DNA of 51,538 nt from Eubacterium sp. (GTDB lineage Bacteria > Bacillota > Clostridia > Oscillospirales > Acutalibacteraceae). Below, piece after piece: positions 1 to 10,692 of this stretch. The stretch is taken from positions 1 to 51,538 of the forward strand of contig JALEZT010000012.1 in assembly GCA_022772725.1 (NCBI GenBank). Reading direction: 5' to 3'. Position 1 is the stretch's first letter, and each line of letters opens with the position of its first letter. Under the pieces are notes generated by a model. It was not told the DNA's origin and searched no databases. It saw only the letters and a program-made list of their open reading frames with translations. The translations under genes and the position numbers were made by a program.

Positions 1-535
1 CCTCTGCTCTTGTGCGTGCGTCCGAACGGATAATTCCTCTTAATGCAGAGGTTTGCGTTTTGCTTCCCGAAGCCTTTGCTCCTCTTATGCTCATACACAT
101 ATGCTCTGCCTCGATAATAACGGCAACTCCCTTTGGAGATAAGCTTTCATCAAGAAAATCGGCAATATCGTGGGTTAATCTTTCCTGCACCTGAGGTCTT
201 TTTGCAAAATTATCAACTATTCTTGCAAGCTTTGAAAGACCGATAATTTTGTTATTACTCGGAATATATGCAATATGAGCCTTGCCGACAAACGGCAAAA
301 GATGATGCTCGCACATTGACGAAAACGGAATATCGCGAACGATAACCATTTCATCATTTGATTTTTCATCAAAAAGCTTTAAATGCTGCTTTGGGTCCTG
401 CGAAAGACCTGCAAACATTTCCTCATACATATTTGCAACCCTGCGCGGTGTTTCTTTTAAGCCTGCTCTGTTTGGGTCCTCGCCGACGGCAATTAAAATT
501 TCCCTAACGGCATTTTCTATTCTTTCCTTATCCAT
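1..535 (-). CDS. folE: GTP cyclohydrolase I (3' end runs off the window start)
   Basis: Not in the ORF track. Manual translation from ATG at 535: [37 protein letters not shown]...[22 protein letters not shown]...GLSKLARIV...RPQVQERLT...[11 protein letters not shown], which contains the hallmark CEHH and HMCM motifs. RBS GGAGAGG upstream. Confidence 0.95.
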   Translation of the reverse strand, partial: MDKERIENAVREILIAVGEDPNRAGLKETPRRVANMYEEMFAGLSQDPKQHLKLFDEKSNDEMVIVRDIPFSSMCEHHLLPFVGKAHIAYIPSNNKIIGLSKLARIVDNFAKRPQVQERLTHDIADFLDESLSPKGVAVIIEAEHMCMSIRGAKASGSKTQTSALRGIIRSDARTRAE

Positions 536-546
536 AGCCTCTCCTG

Positions 547-1473
547 TTATTTCATAAAATAGCCTTTTAAATCATCTGTTGATGATGATGTTAAAATATT
601 ACCCTCGTATTTTACGGGTGCGCTGTAAACATTAACTCCCGTTGTTGGGCTTGAAAGCACCTTCATTGCGTTTGTGCCGAGAGTGAAATTCTTTACTGTT
701 ATATTCGTTTGAGAGCATTCAATAAATTTACTGAAAAGTGCTTCTCTTTTTTCATAGCCTTCACTGCTTATCTGCTGAGTGAGTGCGGCAAGCATAAAAT
801 CATTTGCTGCTGAAAAATTCTGCTCCTGCTCAATATAATAGCGAAGCAGCTTTGTTGCCGAATCTCCGTCAAATTTTCTTTCGCCCGCTTTGATTTTTAT
901 ATTATAGCCGTAGCGCGAGGTGTCCTTATACTTAATATCGTTTAAAACGGTGTAATTAACGCTTCCCATAGCGTTGAACATATCCTTATAATCCTCAAAG
1001 CTTTCATCTATGTAATAATCAATATCAATGCCCAAATATCCGTTTAATTCATTTAAAACTCCGCCTGCGCCCGAGGTTTTATAAATATCAAAAAGATTTT
1101 TTCCGTCTATTTGAGTTTCGGCAGAAAGGCAGGAGGCTTTATAAGAAACGGTGTCCATATCAACCTGAATAAGAGAGCATAAAAACATTTCATTAGTGTT
1201 TTTATTGCTTAAAACAAAAAGATAATTTGTTTTTCCGCTGACCTCGGGAAGCTGTTCAACAATTTCTTCATTTTGCTTTTCCATATTTTCGGGAGTGAAA
1301 AAATTTTTTACCGAAAAATCATATTTTATTCCGAATATTAAAAGAAAAACAATTGTAAAAACAATAATAAAGGCAAGTGCAATTAATAAAATTCTTTTTT
1401 CCTTATCTGATTTTAAATTTGCGGACGGAATATAAATATCGCCTCTGTTTTTAAAAATTCTTATTTTTTCCAC
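547..1473 (-). CDS. LCP (LytR-CpsA-Psr)-like membrane protein, divergent
   Basis: N-terminal TM helix. LCP-like segments LGIDIDYYI...FNAMGSV and [22 protein letters not shown] start. Confidence 0.7.
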   Translation of the reverse strand: MEKIRIFKNRGDIYIPSANLKSDKEKRILLIALAFIIVFTIVFLLIFGIKYDFSVKNFFTPENMEKQNEEIVEQLPEVSGKTNYLFVLSNKNTNEMFLCSLIQVDMDTVSYKASCLSAETQIDGKNLFDIYKTSGAGGVLNELNGYLGIDIDYYIDESFEDYKDMFNAMGSVNYTVLNDIKYKDTSRYGYNIKIKAGERKFDGDSATKLLRYYIEQEQNFSAANDFMLAALTQQISSEGYEKREALFSKFIECSQTNITVKNFTLGTNAMKVLSSPTTGVNVYSAPVKYEGNILTSSSTDDLKGYFMK

Positions 1474-1498
1474 CGCCTTTACTTCATTATCAAAAAAT

Positions 1499-1527
1499 AT
1501 TATACATTATGATTTGATATTACGCAA
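1499..1527 (-). promoter_or_regulatory. sigmaA-type promoter for the LCP-like/folE unit
   Basis: Minus strand TTGCGT-N17-TATAAT. Confidence 0.55.
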
Positions 1528-1648
1528 GAGAAATTGATTTTTACCTGATTTTAGGTAATATTTATGTTTTTAATTACTCTAATTTTATATTCTTTTAGTT
1601 TATATTATATCTATAATATATTTATATTAAATATTTATTACTAAACTA

Positions 1649-1677
1649 TTGTATATTTTAAAATTAAATGATATAAT
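1649..1677 (+). promoter_or_regulatory. dnaA promoter (sigmaA, extended -10)
   Basis: TTGTAT(1649-1654)-N17-TATAAT(1672-1677), with TGn directly upstream of the -10. Confidence 0.65.
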
Positions 1678-1752
1678 AAGCCTGTATATTATTTTCAACA
1701 AATTACTGTTTTTATGTTAAAAAAAAGAGAGATAAATCAGAGGAGTATTTTA

Positions 1753-3114
1753 ATGGAAACATATAACGATATATGGCTTGCCGTTCTTGATTACTGCAAA
1801 GCGGAATCAAACATAACGCAGGTTGGCTTTGACACCTGGTTGAAGCCCATTAAATTGAGCGGCTTTGAAAACAATGTTGTTTTTTTGAGCTTTTCAAGCG
1901 AGGTTAAGAAAAAAATTGTTAAATCGCAATACGGCGAGCTTATTCAAAATGCCTTCAACAGCGTTTTGGGCTTTGAGGCAAATATTGAATATCTTTACGA
2001 CCCAACAATGTTTGTTGACGCTCCCGATGAGGAAAAAAAGGAGCAGCCTCAAATAGAGGAAATTCACACTAATTATCAGTTTACCTTTAACACCTTTATT
2101 GAAGGCCCTTCAAATAGATTTGCTTACAGAGCGGCAATGGCGGTTGCGGAGGATCCGGGCGGACATATTAAGCAAAATAATTCCTACGGAAATTACAATC
2201 CTCTTTTTATTTACGGTAAATCCGGTCTCGGAAAAACACACATATTAAACGCTATTTGCTATGAAATTCGAGAAAACTTCCCCGAAATGCGTATTCTTTA
2301 TGTTCGCGCAGAGGATTTTGCAAATGAATTTATTAACGCGCTGGGCAAAAAAACGGTTGATGAATTTCGCTCTAAATTCAGAAATATTGATGTTCTTTTA
2401 ATAGACGATGTTCAGTTTATAGGCGGTAAGGAAAGAACAGAGGAGGAATTTTTCCACACCTTTAATTCCCTTATTGAAAACGGAAAGCAGATTGTTTTAA
2501 CCTCCGACCGTCCGCCTAAGGAAATTCAAAGCTTAACGGAAAGGCTTTGTTCAAGATTTGAAAACGGCCTTTTGGCAGATATTCAGTCGCCCGAATTTGA
2601 AACGCGCTGTGCAATAATCAAAAACAAAGCAAAACTTCTTAATTTCCAAATAAGCGACGAGGTTGTTACCTACATAGCGGATAAAATCAAAACAAACATA
2701 CGCCAGCTTGAAGGAACAACAAAAAAGCTTCACGCAATGAGCGAGCTGAGCGGCCACGCACCCACAATTGCTCTTGCTCAAAAGGTTATTAAGGATGTTA
2801 TTGACGACGATATTCCCCCTATTCCCGTTACAATTGAAAAAATTCTTGAAGAGGTTTCAAGAACAGAGGGAGTTTCGGTTGACGATATTAAATCATCAAA
2901 GCAAAAGGCATCCGTTACCCACGCAAGAAAAATCTGTATGTATATCATAAGAGAGGTAACAAACCTGACTTATGAGCAGATTGGTGCCGATTTCGGTAAA
3001 AATTATTCAACCGTTATTTATAATATTAATGATATTTCAAAGATGATTGAAAATGATTCAAAGCTTGAAAGAAAGGTTAATGATATTATAAATAATGTTA
3101 AAACAGGCTCATAA
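1753..3114 (+). CDS. dnaA: Chromosomal replication initiator DnaA
   Basis: YNPLFIYGKSGLGKTH Walker A, LLIDDVQF Walker B, EEFFHTFN, SDRPP. Start placed at ATG 1753 behind GAGGAG rather than at 1714. Confidence 0.98.
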   Translation: METYNDIWLAVLDYCKAESNITQVGFDTWLKPIKLSGFENNVVFLSFSSEVKKKIVKSQYGELIQNAFNSVLGFEANIEYLYDPTMFVDAPDEEKKEQPQIEEIHTNYQFTFNTFIEGPSNRFAYRAAMAVAEDPGGHIKQNNSYGNYNPLFIYGKSGLGKTHILNAICYEIRENFPEMRILYVRAEDFANEFINALGKKTVDEFRSKFRNIDVLLIDDVQFIGGKERTEEEFFHTFNSLIENGKQIVLTSDRPPKEIQSLTERLCSRFENGLLADIQSPEFETRCAIIKNKAKLLNFQISDEVVTYIADKIKTNIRQLEGTTKKLHAMSELSGHAPTIALAQKVIKDVIDDDIPPIPVTIEKILEEVSRTEGVSVDDIKSSKQKASVTHARKICMYIIREVTNLTYEQIGADFGKNYSTVIYNINDISKMIENDSKLERKVNDIINNVKTGS

Positions 3115-3335
3115 ATTTTCAACAATATTTTAGTTTTTAACATAAATATTTTAAACACTTATGTTGAAGCTGATTTTTTTCAACAATTAAAACATTTTTT
3201 CAATAAAAAAATCAACATAAAAAGCAGTTGTTTTTTTGCATAAAATAAAGGCATTTAAAGGTTTTAAACAATTTTAACACTGCTTACTGATATTATTATA
3301 AATGAATTAATATCTTCTTAAAAGGAGGAAAAAAT
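3115..3335. other. oriC (dnaA-dnaN intergenic region) with repeated TTTT(C/A/T)AACA 9-mers and a DnaA-trio-like unwinding element
   Basis: Very AT-rich and in the typical Firmicutes oriC position. 9-mers at 3116, 3134, 3149, 3162(rc), 3177, 3186, 3197, 3209, 3262 and 3271. TAC-TGA-TAT-TAT-TAT-AAAT follows at 3285-3303. Confidence 0.8.
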
Positions 3336-4454
3336 ATGAAATTCACCTGCGACGCAAAAAAATTGAGCGAATCCTGCAATAATGTTATGAGAGCAGTCAG
3401 CACAAAGGTTACTATTCCCACAATTGAGGGAATACTTGTTGAATGCGGCTCAGACACATTAAGCCTTACAGGCTATGATTTTGAATTTGGCATTAACACA
3501 ATTATGCAGGCAACAGTTACAGAGCCGGGCGCAATAGTTATTAATGCAAAAATTCTTTGCGACATTATCAGAAAAATTGACGCTCAAACAGTTTCCTTTG
3601 AAACAAGCGGAACCTCTGTTTCAATTACCGCCGGTGCGGCTCAATATAATATAACAGGCATAAGCGCAGACGAATATCCCGAGCTTCCGAGCGTTTCGGG
3701 CGGCTATCCTTTGTTTATTAATCAGTCGCTTCTTCAAAATATGGTTATGCAAACTCTTTTTGCAGTTGCGGAAAGTGAAAATTCAAAGCCCGTTCACACA
3801 GGCTTAAAGTTTGAAATGACATTAAATCAGCTTCGACTGATAGGTGTTGACGGATACAGACTTGCAATAAGAACAGAAACAATTAAATATGACGGCGAGG
3901 ATGTTTCCTTTATTGTTCCTAAAAAAACAATAAGAGAGCTTATTAAAATTATAGGAAGCGACGCGGAAAAGGATATTCAAATCAGCGTTGGAAAAAGGCA
4001 TATAATTTTTGAGGTTGAAAATTACAGCATTATAAGCCGTCTTCTTGAAGGAGATTTTCTTGATTACAATGCGGCAGTTCCGAAAACCTCAACAACAACA
4101 GTTTTAATTAATACAAACGACGCCGTTTCCTGTATTGAAAGAACAATTCCCGTTATTGAAAATAATTCAAAAAATCCGATAAGATGCCTTTTTGATAACG
4201 ACGAAATGAGAGTTTCAACCGTTTCATCACTCGGAAGAGTTGTTGACTACACACATGCAAATATCAGCGGAAACAGAGTCGAAATAGGCTTTAATTCAAA
4301 GTATCTGCTTGACGCACTTAACGCGGCAGACACGGATCAGGTTAAAATTGAGCTCGGCGGACCTATCAGCCCCGTTAAAATTTTACCTGTAAGCGACGAA
4401 AGCTTTCTTTTCCTCGTTTTGCCGATGAGACTTAAAAACACGGACAATAATTAA
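3336..4454 (+). CDS. dnaN: DNA polymerase III beta sliding clamp
   Basis: Position after dnaA. Motifs VDGYRLA, IGFNSKYLLDAL, LVLPMR. RBS AAGGAGG. Confidence 0.98.
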   Translation: MKFTCDAKKLSESCNNVMRAVSTKVTIPTIEGILVECGSDTLSLTGYDFEFGINTIMQATVTEPGAIVINAKILCDIIRKIDAQTVSFETSGTSVSITAGAAQYNITGISADEYPELPSVSGGYPLFINQSLLQNMVMQTLFAVAESENSKPVHTGLKFEMTLNQLRLIGVDGYRLAIRTETIKYDGEDVSFIVPKKTIRELIKIIGSDAEKDIQISVGKRHIIFEVENYSIISRLLEGDFLDYNAAVPKTSTTTVLINTNDAVSCIERTIPVIENNSKNPIRCLFDNDEMRVSTVSSLGRVVDYTHANISGNRVEIGFNSKYLLDALNAADTDQVKIELGGPISPVKILPVSDESFLFLVLPMRLKNTDNN

Positions 4455-4457
4455 TAT

Positions 4458-4706
4458 ATGAAAATAAAGGTTAAAATTGCCGAAAGGCACGAAGAAATTA
4501 TAAAAATATCAACTCCGTTTATTAAGCCTGACAGCCTATTAAAATTTGCAGGCGCAGCCGAAACAGGCGCAATGGCAAAGCAATTTATATTAGACGGCAG
4601 AGTTAAGGTTAATAAAGAAATCTGCACCGCAAGAGGTAAAAAAATAAAGGACGGCGACACGGTTTCATTCTTAAACACGGATTATAAAATAATTAATGAA
4701 GATTAA
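4458..4706 (+). CDS. yaaA: S4-domain RNA-binding protein YaaA
   Basis: LLKFAGAAETGAMAK...VKVNKEICTARGKKI motif. Conserved dnaN-yaaA-recF order. Confidence 0.9.
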   Translation: MKIKVKIAERHEEIIKISTPFIKPDSLLKFAGAAETGAMAKQFILDGRVKVNKEICTARGKKIKDGDTVSFLNTDYKIINED

Positions 4707-5793
4707 AAGCATTGAAATTGAAAATTTCAGAAATATAGAACATATTTCGCTTGATTTTGAAAATGTAAATATTATTTACGGCGAAAATGCGCAGGGAAAA
4801 ACAAATTTAATTGAAGCAATATATCTTTTCAGCGGCTCAAAATCTTTTAGAGGTGCAAAGGACTGCAATTTAATAAAATTCGGCAATGAATTTGCAAAGC
4901 TTAAAATTGATTTTGAAAGCAGGGAAAGAGAACAAACGGCGGAGCTTTTTATAGACGGAAAAAGAAATGCAAGCCTTAACGGCATAAAAAAACGCTCTGC
5001 CGCCGCACTCGGTGAAGAAATTAAAGCGGTTATTTTTTCTCCCGTTCATCTTTCAATGATAAAGGACGGGCCTGCCGAAAGGCGAAAATTTGTTGACGGT
5101 GCGCTTTGCCAGATAAAATCAAATTATTCCTCTGTTTTGAAAGGCTACAACCGCTCGCTTATGCAGAGAAATGTTGTTTTAAAGGATATTTCCTTTAATG
5201 CCGATTTAAGAAGTATGCTTTATATTTGGGACACTTCTCTTGCAAAGGACGGAGCAAAAATTATTTATCAGCGTCAAAAATATATTGAGGCAATTTTGCC
5301 CTTTGCAAAGGAAATTTTTAAAGGAATTTCAGGCGGAAAAGAAGAAATTGATATCGTTTTTAACGGAGAGTTTGATTATCGGGGCTTAAATCTTCAACAA
5401 ATTGAAGAAAAGCTGTTAAAAAAATTAAATGAAAATCACAACACGGATATTTTAAATAAAATAACAAAAACAGGCCCCCACAGAGACGATATTGATATTT
5501 TGATTAACGGAAAATCCGCAAGACTTTACGGCAGTCAGGGTCAGCAACGAAGCTGCGTGCTTGCGTTAAAGCTTGCAGAGGCAAGCCTTTTGAAAGAAAA
5601 AACAAACGAAGAGCCCGTTGCACTTTTAGATGATGTTATGAGCGAGCTTGACGAAAAAAGGCAGGATTATATTTTAAATCATATAAAGGACTGGCAGGTT
5701 TTTATTACCTGCTGCGACGCAAACACCGTTTTGCGCCTTAAAAAAGGAAAAACCGTTAAAATAGAAAACGGACAGGCCCAAGAGGTAAATTAA
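4696..5793 (+). CDS. recF: DNA replication/repair protein RecF
   Basis: GENAQGKTN, GPHRDD, GSQGQQR, LLDDVMSELD. Confidence 0.98.
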   Translation: MKIKSIEIENFRNIEHISLDFENVNIIYGENAQGKTNLIEAIYLFSGSKSFRGAKDCNLIKFGNEFAKLKIDFESREREQTAELFIDGKRNASLNGIKKRSAAALGEEIKAVIFSPVHLSMIKDGPAERRKFVDGALCQIKSNYSSVLKGYNRSLMQRNVVLKDISFNADLRSMLYIWDTSLAKDGAKIIYQRQKYIEAILPFAKEIFKGISGGKEEIDIVFNGEFDYRGLNLQQIEEKLLKKLNENHNTDILNKITKTGPHRDDIDILINGKSARLYGSQGQQRSCVLALKLAEASLLKEKTNEEPVALLDDVMSELDEKRQDYILNHIKDWQVFITCCDANTVLRLKKGKTVKIENGQAQEVN

Positions 5794-6048
5794 ATGTATT
5801 TGCATCTCGGAGAGGATGTTGTTGTGAACAGTAAAAAAATCATAGGCATTTTTGATATGGACACATCAACGGTTAATAAAGCAACAAGAGATTATTTATC
5901 AAAGGCAGAAAAAGAAAAAAATATTATTTATGTTAGCTATGAGCTTCCGAAAAGCTTTATTGTTACGGAAGACAAAATATATGTTAGTTCTCTGAACACA
6001 AGCACTTTGCTTAAAAGAACAAGACAGGAGTTAAACCATTATGAGTGA
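5794..6048 (+). CDS. remB: RemB/DUF370 family protein
   Basis: [11 protein letters not shown]...IIGIFD...PKSFIV...[11 protein letters not shown]. Conserved recF-remB-gyrB order. Confidence 0.9.
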   Translation: MYLHLGEDVVVNSKKIIGIFDMDTSTVNKATRDYLSKAEKEKNIIYVSYELPKSFIVTEDKIYVSSLNTSTLLKRTRQELNHYE

Positions 6049-8008
6049 AGAAAACAAAACAGTTCTTGAAGAAGAGGATATGGACACGGTTGTAACCGAG
6101 GAATATTCCGCAAAGGACATTCAGGTTCTTGAAGGGCTTGAAGCCGTTAGAAAAAGACCGGGTATGTATATCGGCTCAACGGGACCGAGAGGTCTTCATC
6201 ACCTTGTTTATGAAATTGTTGATAACTCAATAGACGAGGCTCTTGCAGGAGTTTGCACGCATATTGAATGTGAAATCCTGCCGGGAAATATTATTGCCGT
6301 TCGCGATAACGGACGAGGAATACCCACGGGTATTAACGAAAAAACAGGTCTTCCCGCCGTTACGGTTGTTTTAACCGTGCTTCACGCAGGCGGTAAATTC
6401 GGCGGAAGCGGATATAAGGTTTCGGGCGGTCTGCACGGCGTTGGCTCATCTGTTGTTAACGCGCTTTCGGAATGGCTTGAGGTTGAGGTTACTCAAAACG
6501 GCCATATCTATTCGCAGAGATTTGAAAGAGGCATACCCGTTAATGATTTACATATAATCGGCGACAGCGACGGCCACGGAACATATATCAAATTCAAGCC
6601 GGACGGAGATATTTTTACCGAAACGCTTGTTTATGATTATGAGGTGCTTGCAAGAAGACTGCGCGAGCAGGCATTTCTTAACGCAGGCTTATCAATCAAG
6701 CTTTCCGATTTAAGAAGCGAAAACCCCGAGGAGCATATTGAAAACACCTTCTGCTATGAGGGCGGTATTCGCTCCTTCGTTGAATATATCAACACAAGCA
6801 GAGGCTTAAACCCCGTTCAAAGCGAGGTTATCCACCTTTCAACAACAAAGGAGGACAGAAGCGCCGAGGTTGCCCTTTGCTACACTGATTCCTATAACGA
6901 AATAATTTTATCCTTTGCAAATAATATCAACACCATTGACGGCGGTACTCACGAAACAGGCTTTAAAACCGCTTTAACAAGAGTTTTCAACGATTACGGA
7001 AAGAAATTTAATATTCTTAAAGACAGCGATAAAAAATTATCGGGCGAGGATGTGCGTGAGGGTATAACGGCAGTTATCAGCGTTAAGCTTACCGAGGCAC
7101 AGTTTGAGGGACAAACAAAGAGCAAGCTCGGTAATACTGATATAACCGGCCTTGTTTCTTCAATGGTTTATGAAAAGCTTATGACATATTTTGAGGAAAA
7201 TCCTCAAACGGCAAAGGCTATTTTAAACAAAGCACTTGAAGCTTCAAGAGTTAGAGAAGCGGCAAGAAAGGCAAGAGACAACGCAAGAAGAAAATCTCCG
7301 CTTGAAAGCAACTCTCTGCCCGGAAAGCTTGCAGACTGCACAAGCAAGGATCCCTCAAAATGCGAAATTTATATCGTTGAGGGAGATTCGGCAGGTGGCT
7401 CTGCAAAGGAAGGACGAGACCGCGAGCACATGGCAATTCTTCCTCTTTGGGGAAAAATGCTTAATGTTGAAAAGGCAAGGGTTGATAAGGTTTATTCAAA
7501 CGAAAAGCTTCTTCCCGTTGTTATGGCTCTGGGAACGGGAATAGGCGACGATTTTGATATTAACAAGCTTCGTTATCACAAGATTATAATTATGGCGGAT
7601 GCCGATGTTGACGGCGCACATATCAGAACTCTTCTTTTAACCTTCTTCTTCCGCTATATGCCTCAAATTATCGAGGACGGCTATGTTTATCTTGCACAGC
7701 CTCCGCTTTTCAAGGTTTCAAAGGGCAAAAAGGGCGTTTATTGCTTCAGCGATGAGGAGCGAGACGAAAGAATTAAGGAATTCGGCGGCGACTGCGATAT
7801 TCAGCGCTATAAAGGTCTTGGTGAAATGGACCCCGATCAGCTTTGGGAAACAACAATGGACCCCGAATTCAGAACAATGCTCCGTGTTACCGTTGAGGAC
7901 GCACAGCGCGCTTCCGAAAACTTTTCAATTCTTATGGGCGATAATGTTGAGCCGAGAAGAGAATTTATCGAGAAAAACGCAAAGTTTGTTCAAAATCTTG
8001 ATGTGTAA
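6041..8008 (+). CDS. gyrB: DNA gyrase subunit B
   Basis: [43 protein letters not shown]. Confidence 0.98.
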   Translation: MSEENKTVLEEEDMDTVVTEEYSAKDIQVLEGLEAVRKRPGMYIGSTGPRGLHHLVYEIVDNSIDEALAGVCTHIECEILPGNIIAVRDNGRGIPTGINEKTGLPAVTVVLTVLHAGGKFGGSGYKVSGGLHGVGSSVVNALSEWLEVEVTQNGHIYSQRFERGIPVNDLHIIGDSDGHGTYIKFKPDGDIFTETLVYDYEVLARRLREQAFLNAGLSIKLSDLRSENPEEHIENTFCYEGGIRSFVEYINTSRGLNPVQSEVIHLSTTKEDRSAEVALCYTDSYNEIILSFANNINTIDGGTHETGFKTALTRVFNDYGKKFNILKDSDKKLSGEDVREGITAVISVKLTEAQFEGQTKSKLGNTDITGLVSSMVYEKLMTYFEENPQTAKAILNKALEASRVREAARKARDNARRKSPLESNSLPGKLADCTSKDPSKCEIYIVEGDSAGGSAKEGRDREHMAILPLWGKMLNVEKARVDKVYSNEKLLPVVMALGTGIGDDFDINKLRYHKIIIMADADVDGAHIRTLLLTFFFRYMPQIIEDGYVYLAQPPLFKVSKGKKGVYCFSDEERDERIKEFGGDCDIQRYKGLGEMDPDQLWETTMDPEFRTMLRVTVEDAQRASENFSILMGDNVEPRREFIEKNAKFVQNLDV

Positions 8009-8026
8009 TTTCGGAGGATTATATAG

Positions 8027-10531
8027 ATGGGTAATAAAGACATAAGATATGACAATCAAAAAATTATTGATGTTGAAATAAGCAGCGAGATAAGAAAAGC
8101 ATTTCTTGATTATTCAATGAGCGTTATTGTTCAGCGTGCTCTTCCCGATGTTAGAGACGGCTTAAAGCCCGTTCACCGCAGAATACTTTACGCTATGTAT
8201 GAGAATAATCTTTATCCCGACAGACCGTACAGAAAGTGCGCAACAACCGTCGGCGATGTGCTTGGACATTATCATCCGCACGGCGACGCATCTGTTTATG
8301 ACGCAATGGTTAGGCTTGCTCAGCCCTTTTCATTAAGGCACCCGCTTGTTGACGGCCACGGAAACTTCGGCAGCATAGACGGAGACCCGCCTGCCGCTTA
8401 CCGTTACACGGAGTCAAGAATGAGCAAAACCTCTATGAAGCTGCTTGAGGATATTAAAAAGGAAACAGTTGATTGGGCACCGAACTTTGACGACACAACA
8501 AAGGAGCCCGTTGTTCTTCCTGCCCGTTTTCCAAATCTTCTTGTTAACGGCTCATCGGGTATTGCAGTTGGTATGGCAACAAATATTCCTCCTCATAATA
8601 TGAAAGAGGTTGTTGAGGGAATGTGCTGCCTTATTGATAATCCCGACGCTCAGCTTGACGAGCTTATGCAGCACATAAAGGGTCCCGATTTCCCAACGGC
8701 AGGTATCATTATGGGAACAAAGGGCATAAAGGAGGCCTACGCAACCGGCAGAGGCAAAATTTATGTTCGCGCAAGGGCTGAAATTATTGAAGCAAAGGGA
8801 GACCGCTTCAAAATTGTTGTAACCGAAATCCCCTACGGCGTTAACAAGGCGCGCCTTATTGCAAGGATTGCAGAGCTTGTTAAGGAAAAAAGGCTTGAAG
8901 GCGTTGCAGATGTTCAGGATTATTCCGACCGCAGAGGTATGCATATTGAAATAGTTGTTAAAAGAGACGCTAATGCGCAGGTTGTGCTTAATAATCTTTA
9001 TAAAATGACCGATATGCAGGTTACCTTCGGTGCAATTCTGCTTGCGCTTGACGACGGAGTGCCTAAGGTTTTAACGCTTAAAGAAATTCTTCAAAAATAT
9101 ATTGCCTTCCAAAAGGATATAATCAGAAGAAGAACCGAATATGACCTTAAAAAAGCGCAGGAAAGAGCGCATATTTTAGAGGGTCTTAAAAAGGCAATTG
9201 ATATTGTTGACGAAATTATCGCAACAATCCGCGCCTGCAAGGGCGGACAGGCAGAGGCAAAGCTTGCCATTATGGATAAATTCGGCTTTGACGAGCCTCA
9301 GGCAACGGCTATTGTTGCTTACCGTCTGGGTCAGTTAGCCGGACTTGAAATTGAAAAAATCGTTAACGAATTAAACGAGCTTCACGCTAAAATAAAGGAT
9401 TTTCTTGATATTCTTCAAAACGAAACAAGAATAACCGATATTATTAAAGAGGAATCAAGAGCAATTGCCGATAAATTCGGCGACGAAAGAAGAACGGAAA
9501 TCAGCGCCGTTATCGGAAGCGTTGATGATGAGGATTTAATTCCCGTTGAGGAGTCTATTCTTACGCTTACAAATATGGGATATATGAAGCGTATGACGGT
9601 TGACACCTATAAAGCGCAGAACAGAGGCGGACGCGGAATTATGGGAATGAGCAGAAGAGAAGAGGATGTTGCAAAAACAATGTTTACCTGCTCCTCTCAC
9701 GATGTTGTTTTCCTCTTTACAAACACAGGTAAGGTTTTCAAAAAGAAGGCTTATGAAATTCCCGCTTCTTCAAGAACTGGCAAGGGTATGAATGTTGTTA
9801 ACCTGCTTCCTCTTGAAAAGGGCGAAACCGTTTCCGCAATGGTTAAAATTCCTCAGGAGGAGGACAGAAAATATCTGTGTATGGTAACGAAAAAGGGCGT
9901 TATCAAAAGAACGGATATCAACGAATATAAGAATATCCGCCAAAGCGGTATTATTGCAATCAATCTTGATGAGGGCGACGAGCTTGCTTATGTTGAAATA
10001 ACAGACGGCAAGAGAAATCTTGTTGTTGCAACTCACGACGGTATGAGCATTTGCTTTAATGAAAATGACGCAAGGCTCATAGGCAGAACCGCAAGAGGAG
10101 TTAGAGCAATAACGCTTTCAGAGGGAGATTATGTTGTTGGCTTTGCCGCTTCGCTTGACGGCTTTAAGCTGCTCACCGTTTCCGAAACGGGCTTCGGCAG
10201 AAAGAGCGGATTTGATGAATACCGTGTTCAGTCAAGAGGCGGAAAGGGTCTTATTAACTATAAAACCGATAAATACGGCAAGGTTGCAATGATTGCACCC
10301 GTGCTTGAAGAAAATGATGTTATTATGATTTCAAGCGACGGAATTGTTATCAGAACGCATGTTGACCAAATATCCACCTTCCAAAGAACAAGCAAGGGCG
10401 TTAAGGTTATGAAGGTTAACGACGGCGAAAAGGTTGCAACAATCTCGATTGTTGACCGCTTTGAAGATGAGGAAAGCGAAGCAGACGGTGCTGTTGAAGC
10501 GCAGGAAGCCGAAGCAACCGAAGAGGAATAA
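8027..10531 (+). CDS. gyrA: DNA gyrase subunit A
   Basis: [26 protein letters not shown], GyrA-box QNRGGRG, acidic tail. Confidence 0.98.
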   Translation: MGNKDIRYDNQKIIDVEISSEIRKAFLDYSMSVIVQRALPDVRDGLKPVHRRILYAMYENNLYPDRPYRKCATTVGDVLGHYHPHGDASVYDAMVRLAQPFSLRHPLVDGHGNFGSIDGDPPAAYRYTESRMSKTSMKLLEDIKKETVDWAPNFDDTTKEPVVLPARFPNLLVNGSSGIAVGMATNIPPHNMKEVVEGMCCLIDNPDAQLDELMQHIKGPDFPTAGIIMGTKGIKEAYATGRGKIYVRARAEIIEAKGDRFKIVVTEIPYGVNKARLIARIAELVKEKRLEGVADVQDYSDRRGMHIEIVVKRDANAQVVLNNLYKMTDMQVTFGAILLALDDGVPKVLTLKEILQKYIAFQKDIIRRRTEYDLKKAQERAHILEGLKKAIDIVDEIIATIRACKGGQAEAKLAIMDKFGFDEPQATAIVAYRLGQLAGLEIEKIVNELNELHAKIKDFLDILQNETRITDIIKEESRAIADKFGDERRTEISAVIGSVDDEDLIPVEESILTLTNMGYMKRMTVDTYKAQNRGGRGIMGMSRREEDVAKTMFTCSSHDVVFLFTNTGKVFKKKAYEIPASSRTGKGMNVVNLLPLEKGETVSAMVKIPQEEDRKYLCMVTKKGVIKRTDINEYKNIRQSGIIAINLDEGDELAYVEITDGKRNLVVATHDGMSICFNENDARLIGRTARGVRAITLSEGDYVVGFAASLDGFKLLTVSETGFGRKSGFDEYRVQSRGGKGLINYKTDKYGKVAMIAPVLEENDVIMISSDGIVIRTHVDQISTFQRTSKGVKVMKVNDGEKVATISIVDRFEDEESEADGAVEAQEAEATEEE

Positions 10532-10548
10532 TTCCAAAGGGACATTTT

Positions 10549-10586
10549 AAAGGGACAGAGGATATGCTTCTGTCCCTTTGTTTTTT
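10549..10586 (+). terminator. Intrinsic terminator after gyrA
   Basis: AAAGGGACAGAGG-ATATG-CTTCTGTCCCTTT followed by a T-run. Confidence 0.8.
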
Positions 10587-10626
10587 CAACATTATTATTA
10601 ATAATATGTAAAATAATTTCTTTTTG

Positions 10627-10655
10627 TTGAAAACGGCGGAGAAATAATATATAAT
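10627..10655 (+). promoter_or_regulatory. sigmaA promoter of the downstream LCP gene
   Basis: TTGAAA-N17-TATAAT. Confidence 0.6.
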
Positions 10656-10692
10656 GTTTCTGTGTTATGTATTTTGAGGGGAGAATAAAAGA

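Noticed and set aside
1714-1752. N-terminal extension of DnaA
   Set aside because: It contains the RBS GAGGAG for ATG 1753 and a poly-A run.
10536-10557. Direct repeat AAAGGGACA as a target-site duplication
   Set aside because: Only 4 nt separate the copies and the second is the terminator arm. There is no inserted element.
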